Source: Myxococcota bacterium
Lineage (GTDB): Bacteria > Myxococcota > JACRCW01
Direction of reading: 5' to 3'
Assembly (NCBI GenBank): GCA_040752415.1
Contig: JBFMGU010000184.1
Span: forward strand, 1 to 21,463
Length of the DNA stretch: 21,463 nt
Both the position numbers and the translations under genes were made by a program. The stretch's first letter is position 1; every line of letters starts with the position of its first letter. Below are positions 10,087 through 18,580 of the stretch, piece after piece. The notes under the pieces were generated by a model. That model was given only the letters and a program-made list of their open reading frames with translations, had not been told where the DNA came from and did no database searches.

Positions 10087-10446
10087 TGGGCCGCGCTGAT
10101 TCCCGCGCCCCGCCGACAGACGCACCGGCTCTTCGGGTGCTGGGTCCGGCCTCCAAGCTGCGCCGCCACATCGTGCCGCTCCCCACGCATCGCCAGGGAC
10201 GGGCCAAGAGCCATTCCCACGACGAGCAGCCGCCTGCCTACAGCAACGCATCCCGTGGGCCGAGCTTTTGCGCCGCAACTTCGACGTCGACGCCCTGGAG
10301 TGTCCCCGCTGTGGTGGAAGATTGCGGATGGTAACGGTGGTGAAGGATCCGGCATAGGCCCGCCGCTACGCCAGTCACATGGGGCTGTCATGGGGCTGTG
10401 CGAGACCGACAGGCATGTCAGGGGCCCACCGGAGCTGGCCGCCTGA
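10087..10446 (+). pseudogene. 3' remnant of an IS91/ISCR-family rolling-circle transposase
   Basis: Across frameshifts it reads WAALIPAPRRQTHRLFG / VLGPASKLRRHIVP / RIPWAELLRRNFDVDALECPRCGGRLRMVTVVKDPA* (10247-10357) ... RGPP. This follows the C-terminal pattern of IS91/ISCR transposases (LAALVP.PR.H..RY.GVLAP; WA.LL.RVF..D.L.CP.CGG; ARGPP). Not present in the ORF track. Confidence 0.85.
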
Positions 10447-10492
10447 CCCGCCTTCACCCGCCTCTCATGTTGCGACGCCACGGCTCGCGGAT

Positions 10493-10654
10493 GGACCACT
10501 CCGCTCGCACACGGCCCCAACATGCCCCGTGACGAGGTAGGACCTCACGGGACCGCGCCGTCGCGGCCCACCGCCCTTCCGGAGATCGCCCCGCCTGGCA
10601 GGCACGACCACATCCCCACCCACGGGCGACCCTCGCGACCCTGCTTGGAGTTCC
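10493..10654 (+). mobile_element. Putative oriIS-containing right end of the IS91/ISCR element, copy 1
   Basis: Lies downstream of the transposase remnant and is repeated at 15543-15704. Homology stops at GCTTGGAGTTCC, which resembles the IS91/ISCR oriIS terminal motif (roughly G..TTTGAANTTCCTA, from recall). Confidence 0.65.
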
Positions 10655-10804
10655 CCAGTGTCGGTGGGGCATGGCCCGGAGCACCGCGCGCAGCTCCCGT
10701 CCGACGGTGAACGAGTCGTGTTCCCGACCGGAGGGGGTCTGGCCGTCGCAATTCTCGCGGGGGTCCCGCATCTTCTACGCCCGGCATCGCTGCATTCTCT
10801 TCGC

Positions 10805-10832
10805 TTGACATTAACGGAACATCGCCAACAAT
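10805..10832 (+). promoter_or_regulatory. Possible sigma70 promoter for the cargo operon
   Basis: Perfect TTGACA at 10805-10810, 16-nt spacer, AACAAT at 10827-10832. ATG is at 10839, so the transcript may be leaderless. Confidence 0.4.
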
Positions 10833-10838
10833 TAGCCT

Positions 10839-11603
10839 ATGCGACTACTTCGGATTCTCGTGCACGGCAATCGCAAGCCGGTTCTCCTGGCGGCGATTTG
10901 CTCCATTGTGGCCTTGGTTCCGCTTCTGGGTACCGGGACCCGTGCAGACCCAAGCTCTGATTCCGATGCGAACTCCCATTCTCGGGCACCTCAACCCTCC
11001 CCTGTCGAAGACACCGTGGCCGAGTCCATTTGCTGTCCGAGGGGCGTTTGCGATCCGACGCCAAGAGCCTCGTGTATCTCAGCTCAGCTGCCTCGCGCAG
11101 CGAGCGAGGCCGATTTTCGTGCGGAGATGCAGCCGCGGCGTCCTCGCCGACCGATTCTCTGGGAGCGGGATTACCTGCCCGACACGAACCATTTTGGCGA
11201 CTTGCTGGCTTGGTACTTTGATCATCCCAACACCCTCCACGTGGTGCACGGCGAGGTCGTCTCGGCGGAATCCTACTGGCGTGGTGCCCCAGGAACTAGT
11301 GATATCCGAACACGGTGTACGATGCGGGTGGACGAGACCTTCAAGGGCGAGTTCTTGAGCAGCGTTGTCTTTGACATTGAGGGCGGGAGTATTGATGGAG
11401 CGACACAATTTGTAAGCCACACGCCCGTGTGCACACTCGGGGAGCGTGCGGTTGCGTTCCTTTGGCGTGTGGACAACCTGCTCATCGCGGCCGGTCCCGA
11501 AACGATGTATGCCATCACGGAAGATTTCGCCGGACGACCGAATTCTCGTGGCCGAGTTCTCGCGGAGTCCATCCGTTCCAACTTGGTTGGGGGGCAGCCA
11601 TGA
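10839..11603 (+). CDS. Secreted protein with TIMP/NTR-like OB-fold pattern
   Basis: Hydrophobic signal peptide; VVHGEVVSAESYW...IRTRCTMRVDETFKG...IEGG...GERAVAFL. ATGA overlap with the next gene; many A/T-ending codons. The fold call is an inference. Confidence 0.75.
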   Translation: MRLLRILVHGNRKPVLLAAICSIVALVPLLGTGTRADPSSDSDANSHSRAPQPSPVEDTVAESICCPRGVCDPTPRASCISAQLPRAASEADFRAEMQPRRPRRPILWERDYLPDTNHFGDLLAWYFDHPNTLHVVHGEVVSAESYWRGAPGTSDIRTRCTMRVDETFKGEFLSSVVFDIEGGSIDGATQFVSHTPVCTLGERAVAFLWRVDNLLIAAGPETMYAITEDFAGRPNSRGRVLAESIRSNLVGGQP

Positions 11604-13561
11604 ATGTGCGAATAAGGCCGATAGGGTTCGTCGTAGTATCGGCGCTGACGACGAGCAGTGCAGCTGCGTACGAGTTCACTCCCCAGAACACTCTCAACAG
11701 CAACACGGTTTGGACATTCAGGGTTGACAACGACATAGCTGCTTCCCTCGACTTCGACGACGCGCCGCCACAGCCAGCGCTTGTTCATTTTATCGATGCG
11801 GTTGATCGGGCGATGCAGTACTGGAACTCGACAGGTCGCGCGCGAATCGCTCTGGCCGTGGACCCGGGAGAGAACTGGAGCGTACCAGGCCCGCCTTGTC
11901 CCCCGCCCGAATGTCCATGCCCAAATCCGCCGCTCTGTCTTCCTGCAACCTGCTCGCACGAAAACGATCCGTGCGCTTGCCTGGACCCGCCTTTTTGTAA
12001 GCAAAGTGGGACCTGTACTTCCAGGTGCCAGGGGTATTGGAACGGCTACAACGAAATTCTGCACTTGGACCAGCCCGCCTGGAAAGTGGGGAGCGGCGGC
12101 TACGCAAAGTGCCGCGACGACATTGAGGAATGCGACATTATTCTCTGGTCTAACTTGGGTACGATGGCCGCTCCACATTACTCGTTTCATGCGGAATCCT
12201 CCGGCGAACTGGATGAAGACGGATGCGTAAACTCCTCCGGGATTTCCGTCGCTTGGGTACTGGCCCACGAATTCGGTCACGTGTTGGGGCTTGGCGACAT
12301 GGACAGCGGTGACTCAGAGTGCCAAGTTTCGGGCGGTGGCCCGCTGATGTGTACCCGAAACCGTCGCGACTGGTATCACCCCGCCCCTGATGACGTTGAC
12401 GGCGTGCGTGCGAAGCATGGCGTCATGGCGCGAGACGTGAAGATCATGAGGGGAGACATTACCAATTCCGCGGGCGCGATCACTTACTCCGCGGACAGCG
12501 ACATTCTCGGTATTCAATCCATTTCCGAACCCAGAATCTCTTGTCACAACGTCTTTCCGAACGCTCCGGACTGCATCGTTACGACAACCACCAACAACTG
12601 CAATCCCGGCTTTACGTCTTGCATCAGGTTGTTGGGGACATATGTAAACTCGTCGGGCCAGTGGGAGGTGCAGAGGAGCTTGCTGATGAACAACGGCAGC
12701 AGGCACGATGTCGATGTTGCATACCGTTGGTATCGGGCCCTTGTCGTTCGCGTTGACTCCGCCGACAGTCGCGTGTGGTGGGCGTCTTGGTACCCAGACT
12801 CCTCCACAGTTACCCAAGATTGGTTGAGGACCTCATGCACCCAGAACTCGACGTGCCCAGATAACACCGCTTGTCCAACCTCGGGTCTGTGCGATGCCCA
12901 GACGCGGGAGCCGCCTCGGGTCGCTTGGAACGAGGCGATTGATCGCTTTGTCATCGCGTTCGCCGATCCGCAGAGGCGCCTGTGGGTTTCTGTCTCGACT
13001 AACACTACTGGCACTTCTTGGGGGACAGCGCAGCAAGTCGCCCTCCCGAATGGCGTGATTCCATTTGGACGCTTCGACCTGGTTTGTCCGCAGCACCAAA
13101 CGGCGAATACCCAGTGCCGAATCGTCCTTAGCGACATGGCTAATAACGTAAATGCCTTGGCAAACCGGCAAACGCGCGCGACAGCCTGTAGATTCAACGT
13201 GGCTGCCGCATTTCCCTATGTGTCCGGGGTCGTGTGTGCGTTGACAAGCCGAACCGCCATCATTGCCAACAGCATTTCCGACTACGGCAACAACCGACCA
13301 CCGGTATCTCCCGTCGGCCCAGCTTGGCTCTTCAGCACGTCGCGGCGTCATCCGCAAACTGACGACAACAGTGGGTATATTTTCAACTCGAACGCGACCG
13401 ACATGTTCACGGGGACCGACATGGATGTGGATACGAAGGAGATCCCCACCCTGTTTTCCCCGGGGGCTCCCGCGAGTCTTTGGGGCGGGACGTCTTGCGA
13501 TTGGGTTCCCTATTTGCAGCGCTTCGCATGCGCGGGCCTTGGGGGGGCAGAGCCATGGTGA
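11600..13561 (+). CDS. Secreted Cys-rich metzincin (matrixin/snapalysin-like) zinc metalloprotease with a long C-terminal beta-rich domain
   Basis: Signal peptide (..SSAAA/YEF), AMQYWN, HEFGHVLGLGD at 12266-12298, Met-turn GPLM at ~12340, DDVDGVRAKHG helix. Start ATG 11600 overlaps the upstream stop. Confidence 0.9.
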   Translation: MNVRIRPIGFVVVSALTTSSAAAYEFTPQNTLNSNTVWTFRVDNDIAASLDFDDAPPQPALVHFIDAVDRAMQYWNSTGRARIALAVDPGENWSVPGPPCPPPECPCPNPPLCLPATCSHENDPCACLDPPFCKQSGTCTSRCQGYWNGYNEILHLDQPAWKVGSGGYAKCRDDIEECDIILWSNLGTMAAPHYSFHAESSGELDEDGCVNSSGISVAWVLAHEFGHVLGLGDMDSGDSECQVSGGGPLMCTRNRRDWYHPAPDDVDGVRAKHGVMARDVKIMRGDITNSAGAITYSADSDILGIQSISEPRISCHNVFPNAPDCIVTTTTNNCNPGFTSCIRLLGTYVNSSGQWEVQRSLLMNNGSRHDVDVAYRWYRALVVRVDSADSRVWWASWYPDSSTVTQDWLRTSCTQNSTCPDNTACPTSGLCDAQTREPPRVAWNEAIDRFVIAFADPQRRLWVSVSTNTTGTSWGTAQQVALPNGVIPFGRFDLVCPQHQTANTQCRIVLSDMANNVNALANRQTRATACRFNVAAAFPYVSGVVCALTSRTAIIANSISDYGNNRPPVSPVGPAWLFSTSRRHPQTDDNSGYIFNSNATDMFTGTDMDVDTKEIPTLFSPGAPASLWGGTSCDWVPYLQRFACAGLGGAEPW

Positions 13562-14400
13562 TGGATCGACGTCTTGGCTTGACTGCACTGCTGATTCTCG
13601 TCGTTGCCTGCACCAAGGCGGCCGAAGGGGACTCAGAGTATGCCGAAGAGCCACCTCGATGCGCCGGCAGGGAGAATTTCTGTCGCGACCGGGTGTTTCC
13701 GAGTGATGAGTGGGTGGACTTGGTACATTTCGCAGGGATTGTCCGCCTCAGAAACCCCATTGGTTGTGTTGGCGCCTGCCCTTCGTCTCGAGGGTCGTCG
13801 ACCATCTCCTTGGAAGTGGAGGAGACACTTATTGGGTCGTTGGGAGATGTGCCTCAAGTCCTCGTTGAAGGGCTGGGGGAATTGGCGGATCCCGCACTGT
13901 TTTCCGCTGTGTCAGGTGGCGCTGACAACGTGTCCGCGTTGCTGGTTGCCCGTCTCGAAGGGCCCGGCCAAGATCCGATTTGTGGCATACCTCCGGAACT
14001 GCCGTTTGCGTGGGCCACGGTTGGCGATCCCGCGGAGCGCGGGAAAACCAACCTTCCAGATGGAACGGTTGGGTTCGCTTCGGAGGGGGTCAATGGGCTT
14101 TGGTTTCTTACCACTGACCGCGCCCGAATGGTCGAGGCGGGGTGGGTGGTCAGCGCCGCATACTACCACGCAAGTGGCGAGCATCCCATGAACGGCGGAC
14201 CCGTTGAGGGTGGACGAGATGGCGAAGCGTCCAGCAGCGTCGCGACGGCGAGAGCGGAGTTGCAGGCGTCCCTCTCACGAAATCCAACGAGATCCCCTGT
14301 CATCGTCACCGAGTGCGCGGATGACGTCAATGTCAAACGTGGGCCGTTCTGTTGCCGGTACACACCCTCGGCTGAACACCCAGGAGACGCCGGGCTGTAG
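13555..14400 (+). CDS. Lipoprotein, possibly TIMP/NTR-like
   Basis: MVMDRRLGLTALLILVVAC lipobox; G-rich RBS like that of the protease; overlaps the protease stop. Contains HFAGIVRL...TISLEVEETLIG. Confidence 0.8.
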   Translation: MVMDRRLGLTALLILVVACTKAAEGDSEYAEEPPRCAGRENFCRDRVFPSDEWVDLVHFAGIVRLRNPIGCVGACPSSRGSSTISLEVEETLIGSLGDVPQVLVEGLGELADPALFSAVSGGADNVSALLVARLEGPGQDPICGIPPELPFAWATVGDPAERGKTNLPDGTVGFASEGVNGLWFLTTDRARMVEAGWVVSAAYYHASGEHPMNGGPVEGGRDGEASSSVATARAELQASLSRNPTRSPVIVTECADDVNVKRGPFCCRYTPSAEHPGDAGL

Positions 14401-14602
14401 AGATCGCGCGTTTCGCGTTTCGCAATCAGCGTATCCTTCCGGTGAGCGCGCTTGACGCAGAGGCTGGGGCAGACGCTTCGACGCTTCGATCGTAAGTCCT
14501 CGCCGTGGCCCCCTGTTGGGGGCCTGGCAAAAGGCGGCAATGTTGGCGACGCTGGGAAGCGCTCAGCTTGAATTGGGGAGCTGCAACCCAGGCCGGTCCA
14601 TT

Positions 14603-14891
14603 GTTCATTGCGCGTCACGGCTCCCGTCACAGTGAGGCCATCATCACCAGCAACCATGACCTGGCCATGCGGTTTGTTCGTGAGGTGGACGCCAGCTGCG
14701 TCTTGGTGAACGCCAGCACGCGTTTCAACGACGGCGGCGAGCTGGGGCTTGGCGCCGAGATGGGCATCAGCACAACGAAGCTCCACGCCTATGGACCCAT
14801 GGGCCTGACGGAGCTCACAGCCCGAAAGTGGGTGGTGTTGGGCCGCGGGGAGATCCGCGGTGAGACACACGCGCGCGGCGGGCGGCAGTGA
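14603..14891 (+). pseudogene. proA: 5'-truncated duplicate of proA (last ~95 codons)
   Basis: Near-identical to 8229-8517; the rest of the gene is absent. Confidence 0.95.
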
Positions 14892-15382
14892 AGGAGAACA
14901 TGGCAACAGCCATTGGCGAGAGTGGGACAAGCAAGGGCAAGCCCCGCGGCAGCAAGAAGGCCGCGGCCACGTCAAAGACCAGCGCGGATCCCTCCCTGGT
15001 GCTTGCGCACCGCGTGGCGGAGCTGATGCTGGAGCGCAAGGCGGACAACGTCACCATCCTGCACGTGGGTGGGCTGACCTCGTTCGCGGACTACTTCGTC
15101 CTCGGCACCGCGCAGAGCGACCGGCAGGTCCAGGCCATGAGCCGGCACCTCTCCGAGCTCCTCAAGAAGGAAGGCCACCCCGTGCTCTCCATGGAGGGCG
15201 TGGAGCTGAGCCACTGGGTGCTGATGGATTTTGGCGGCGTGGTGGCGCACATCTTCTACGAGCCCGCGCGCGAGTACTACGACCTGGACGGCCTGTGGGC
15301 CGACGCGCCGCGGGTGGCCGTGGAAGACACCAAGGCCGAGCGCGCCGCCAGCAAGCGCAAGACCGCCGCCAAGAAGGGCTGA
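14888..15382 (+). CDS. rsfS: Ribosome silencing factor RsfS, intact copy 2
   Basis: Protein identical to 8514-9008; the overlapping alternate-frame translations are also identical. Confidence 0.93.
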   Translation: MKENMATAIGESGTSKGKPRGSKKAAATSKTSADPSLVLAHRVAELMLERKADNVTILHVGGLTSFADYFVLGTAQSDRQVQAMSRHLSELLKKEGHPVLSMEGVELSHWVLMDFGGVVAHIFYEPAREYYDLDGLWADAPRVAVEDTKAERAASKRKTAAKKG

Positions 15383-15542
15383 CCGACCGCGTTGGCCGCC
15401 AAAGCCACGCCGGAGGGTCCTGAAGGGAGCGCGTCAAACCGCCAAGGTGATCCGGGTCGCTCCGGAACGTGATTGGCACGCCGCCAAACGCGATCCGGAG
15501 CAACTCCAACAGCGCGCTGGTCAGGTTGGCCACCTGGGAGAA

Positions 15543-15709
15543 GGACCACTCCGCCCGCACACGGTCCCAACATGCCCCGTGACGCGGTAGGACCTCACGG
15601 GACCGCGCCGTCGCGGCCCACCGCCCTTCCGGAGATCGCCCCGCCTGGCAGGCACGACCACATCCCCACCCACGGTCGCCCCTCGCCACCCCGCTTGGAG
15701 TTCCTACCC
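15543..15709 (+). mobile_element. Putative oriIS end of the IS91/ISCR element, copy 2 (no transposase)
   Basis: Copy of 10493-10654 ending CCGCTTGGAGTTCCTACCC, a better match to the oriIS motif than copy 1. Confidence 0.65.
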
Positions 15710-15806
15710 GTACGAAGGAAGCTCGGTTACAGCCAACGGGGCAATCAGGTGGAATTGACGTCCTGGCCTCCGGTATCTATCCGCGAGCGACGTTCCCTGA
15801 GGCTCC

Positions 15807-18539
15807 ATGTCACCGTCCTCTCGCGCCTTGGCCCTCACCGTTGTCGCCAGCCATCTCGCCTGCGCACCGGGAGCCCAGAACCCCTCCTCCTCCTCTTCCA
15901 CGACCACCTCCTCCTCGTCATCGTCGTCATCATCATCATCGTCTTCGTCAACGGGCGGCGCGGCTTCCGGCGGGTCCTCCGCGGCCACGAGCGCACCCAC
16001 CAGCGCCACCTCCGGAGCGCGCTCGTCGAGCGCCGAGGCCTCTTCCGCAACGAGCGCGGTCGTCGTGGTGTCCTCCTCGAGCGCGCCAGGCTCCGCGAGC
16101 GCTCCGTCATCATCCAGCGGGGCCACGGCCTCGTCGGGGCCGCGCAGTGGAATGACGTCGTCGTCGGCCTCGGCATCGCAGCCGCCCGGGAGCTCGAGCG
16201 CGGACAGCGCGAGCGGCGGCAGTGGCGTGACGTCGTCATCTCCGTCAGGGCCACCGACGCCAGGGAGCTCCAGTGCCAACAGCGCGGCCAGCAGCAGCGG
16301 CGTGGCGTCATCGTCAGCATCGCAGCTGCCCGCCAGCTCGAGCATGAGCAGCGCCAGCAGCGGGACACCCGTGAGCTCCTCGTCCTCATGGCCGGCCACG
16401 TTCCCCGGGAGCTTCAGCCAGCGCACCGTCGAGGTGATCCGCGCCGATTACGATCTCTGGTGGTGGGATGACCCGGACATCGATGACGACCAGGTTCGCG
16501 GGGTTGCGGTGGACCTCGAGGGAAACTCGTATGAGCTGCGGCCGGGCACGCTCATCAAGCGGAATCTCGACGGAGCGCGCCTGTGGACGGTGAACTTCGA
16601 ACCCACCGAGCACGTCAACGCGCTCCTGGCGCTTCCCGGCGGAACGCTCCTGCTCGGCGGCGCGGTCGTCCCGCCCGCTGGTCCGGTGCGTCCGCTGCTT
16701 CGTGAGGTGTCCCAGGCGGACCGCTCGATTCAGTGGGATGCCGAGGTGGAGCTCGAGGGCGGGCTCGCGAGCATGGCGTTGGATGGGCTGGGCAACCTGT
16801 TCATCGTCGCGGATGGGATGCTCCGGCGGTACTCGCCGGAGCGCACGGTGTCCTGGACCATTCCCAAACCGCAGGTGCTGCCCACCCTGGACGGCGTCGT
16901 CGGCGAGGCGTCCGGCGGCGTGTACGCGTACTCGGACAACAATGATTCCGTCGCGCGTCTGGATCTGTCCGGTGAGACCCTCTGGAGCGCCGAATTCCCG
17001 CACAATTGGGTCGTCTACCGCCGCTTCGCGTCCGACCCGAACGGCGGATTCTTCTATGCGGTCACGCATGAGACGGATTTCACCCACGTCCTGGACCTCC
17101 ACCATTACTCGCCGTCCGGCGAGCGCGTGAGCTGGTGGGCCTGGAGCGACCTGCCCTCCTACATCAACACGAACGTCACGGGACTCGACACCGATGCGCA
17201 GGGCCGCGTGTACATCATGGGCCACACCTCCGCCGGACACTTTGGCCAAGGCTCCGCCGAGGTGATCTTCCTCGCGCGGTTGAGCGCCCCCTGGACAACC
17301 GATTTCCACGGTCCCGCCGGCGGCTACATGAGCTGGTCCATGGCGGTGGACCCGTCCGGCACGTTCCTCTACGCGCTCGTCGGCTTCTCCAACCAGGACA
17401 TCCGCGGCGCAGACCTCCTCAAGAGATACGACGACACGGGCGCCGAGGTCTGGGTCGACTGCTTGTATTTCCCGTACCAGGATGCCGTCCTCGGCGGACT
17501 CGCGCGCAATGCCATGGGCCACACCGTCATGGCGGTCTCGCACGGGATTGAAGAACCCGTGGAACCCAACACCTGCCCGCCGCCGGCCTCGCCGCGCCTC
17601 CGCGAATACGCGCCGACCGGCATCCACGTGCGCACCGTGCCGATCGACACCGAGTTCAGCACCATCACCACGGGACCGGACAACTCGTTCTACGGCGCCA
17701 TCCACACGAACACCGTCCAGCGGCGCTCGGCCACCGATGGCGCGCTGATGTGGGCCCAGCCCCTGGTCCCCGCCTTCGGGTCCCCGAAGGTCATGATTGA
17801 CGCGGATGGAGCGGGAAATCTCTATGCGGTGCTGACGTCCGACCGCGACGACGGCCCGTTCACCAGCGTCGTGCAGTACACGCCCGATGGCACGCGGACA
17901 TGGCACATGGTGCCGTCCTCCGTTGAACGCGCGATGGCACTCCGCGCCCTCCGCACCAGCGGCGTGGCCGTGGGATTCCGGGAGGGGCTGGTCGTGCTGG
18001 ACGCACAGGGCGCCGAGCGCTGGCGCAACACCTCGACCACCTGGCTCATCGAGGTCGACGGCGCGGGCGACCTCTACACGCTCTCGTGGGAGTTGAAAGA
18101 GGACGCCTCCGGACAGCTCGTGCTGGACGACAATGGTGCTGTCATCTGGGAGCAGACCTTCCGCAAGCTCTCCGGCGACACCGGCACGGTCCTGTGGCGC
18201 TCCGCGTTCGAGGCGCCGAGTCCCACCATGTATCCCGTGGGACTCGCGGTGGACGCGGCAGGCTTCATGCGCGTGGCCTGCACCGAGAGACTCTACGACC
18301 CGCGCACGCAACAGTACTCGGATGGAAGGGTCACCATCCTGCAATGGGACGGCTTCACCGGGACGCCCCTGGGCGCGCTCCCCACCGTCACGGACCTCGG
18401 CCTGGTCGACGTGAAGGCGGTGCAGGCGGACCCGTTCGGGAACGTCTTTGTCGCGGGCACCGGGACGCAGGACCCCACGCTTCCGGGCCAGGAAGCGCAT
18501 GCGTACGCGCCGTATCTTGCGGTGTTCGGTTGGCAGTGA
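15807..18539 (+). CDS. Large lipoprotein with Ser-rich stalk and beta-propeller (SBBP/NHL/PQQ-like) repeats
   Basis: Lipobox ..VASHLAC and a ~170-aa Ser-rich linker. Blade repeats include GVAVDLEGNSY, SMALDGLGNLFIV, GLDTDAQGRVYIMG, SMAVDPSGTFLY, IDADGAGNLYAV, VQADPFGNVFVAG. Confidence 0.9.
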   Translation: MSPSSRALALTVVASHLACAPGAQNPSSSSSTTTSSSSSSSSSSSSSSTGGAASGGSSAATSAPTSATSGARSSSAEASSATSAVVVVSSSSAPGSASAPSSSSGATASSGPRSGMTSSSASASQPPGSSSADSASGGSGVTSSSPSGPPTPGSSSANSAASSSGVASSSASQLPASSSMSSASSGTPVSSSSSWPATFPGSFSQRTVEVIRADYDLWWWDDPDIDDDQVRGVAVDLEGNSYELRPGTLIKRNLDGARLWTVNFEPTEHVNALLALPGGTLLLGGAVVPPAGPVRPLLREVSQADRSIQWDAEVELEGGLASMALDGLGNLFIVADGMLRRYSPERTVSWTIPKPQVLPTLDGVVGEASGGVYAYSDNNDSVARLDLSGETLWSAEFPHNWVVYRRFASDPNGGFFYAVTHETDFTHVLDLHHYSPSGERVSWWAWSDLPSYINTNVTGLDTDAQGRVYIMGHTSAGHFGQGSAEVIFLARLSAPWTTDFHGPAGGYMSWSMAVDPSGTFLYALVGFSNQDIRGADLLKRYDDTGAEVWVDCLYFPYQDAVLGGLARNAMGHTVMAVSHGIEEPVEPNTCPPPASPRLREYAPTGIHVRTVPIDTEFSTITTGPDNSFYGAIHTNTVQRRSATDGALMWAQPLVPAFGSPKVMIDADGAGNLYAVLTSDRDDGPFTSVVQYTPDGTRTWHMVPSSVERAMALRALRTSGVAVGFREGLVVLDAQGAERWRNTSTTWLIEVDGAGDLYTLSWELKEDASGQLVLDDNGAVIWEQTFRKLSGDTGTVLWRSAFEAPSPTMYPVGLAVDAAGFMRVACTERLYDPRTQQYSDGRVTILQWDGFTGTPLGALPTVTDLGLVDVKAVQADPFGNVFVAGTGTQDPTLPGQEAHAYAPYLAVFGWQ

Positions 18540-18580
18540 GGGTCGGCCGCGCGCGGGACCGGTTGACCAATCCAGCGTGC

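Larger units (their letters stand above)
14603..15704 (+). repeat. Direct repeat copy 2: internally deleted version of 8229-10654
   Basis: 14603-15502 = 8229-9128; 15502-15544 = 9308-9350; 15543-15704 = 10493-10654. Same order and orientation. Confidence 0.95.

Noticed and set aside
9946..10278. N-terminal extension of the 355-aa minus-strand ORF
   Set aside because: It runs antisense into the transposase remnant and is not protein-like; GTG 9945 is the better start.
10655..10771. Minus-strand ELRAVLRAMPHRH as an ECF sigma region-4 fragment
   Set aside because: Too short to support without a search.
10655..14602. Prophage or integrase-driven island
   Set aside because: No integrase, phage gene or tRNA att site is visible in the window.
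14505..14891. Chimeric ORF fusing a new N-terminus to the ProA C-terminus
   Set aside because: No RBS, it lacks the catalytic Cys region, and in-frame read-in is likely by chance.
15755..15783. Sigma70 promoter for the beta-propeller gene
   Set aside because: TTGACG is present, but the correctly spaced -10 (TATCCG) is poor.
15704..16426. Acidic Asp/Glu-rich 240-aa ORF on the minus strand
   Set aside because: It is the antisense reading of the TCN Ser codons in the lipoprotein stalk.
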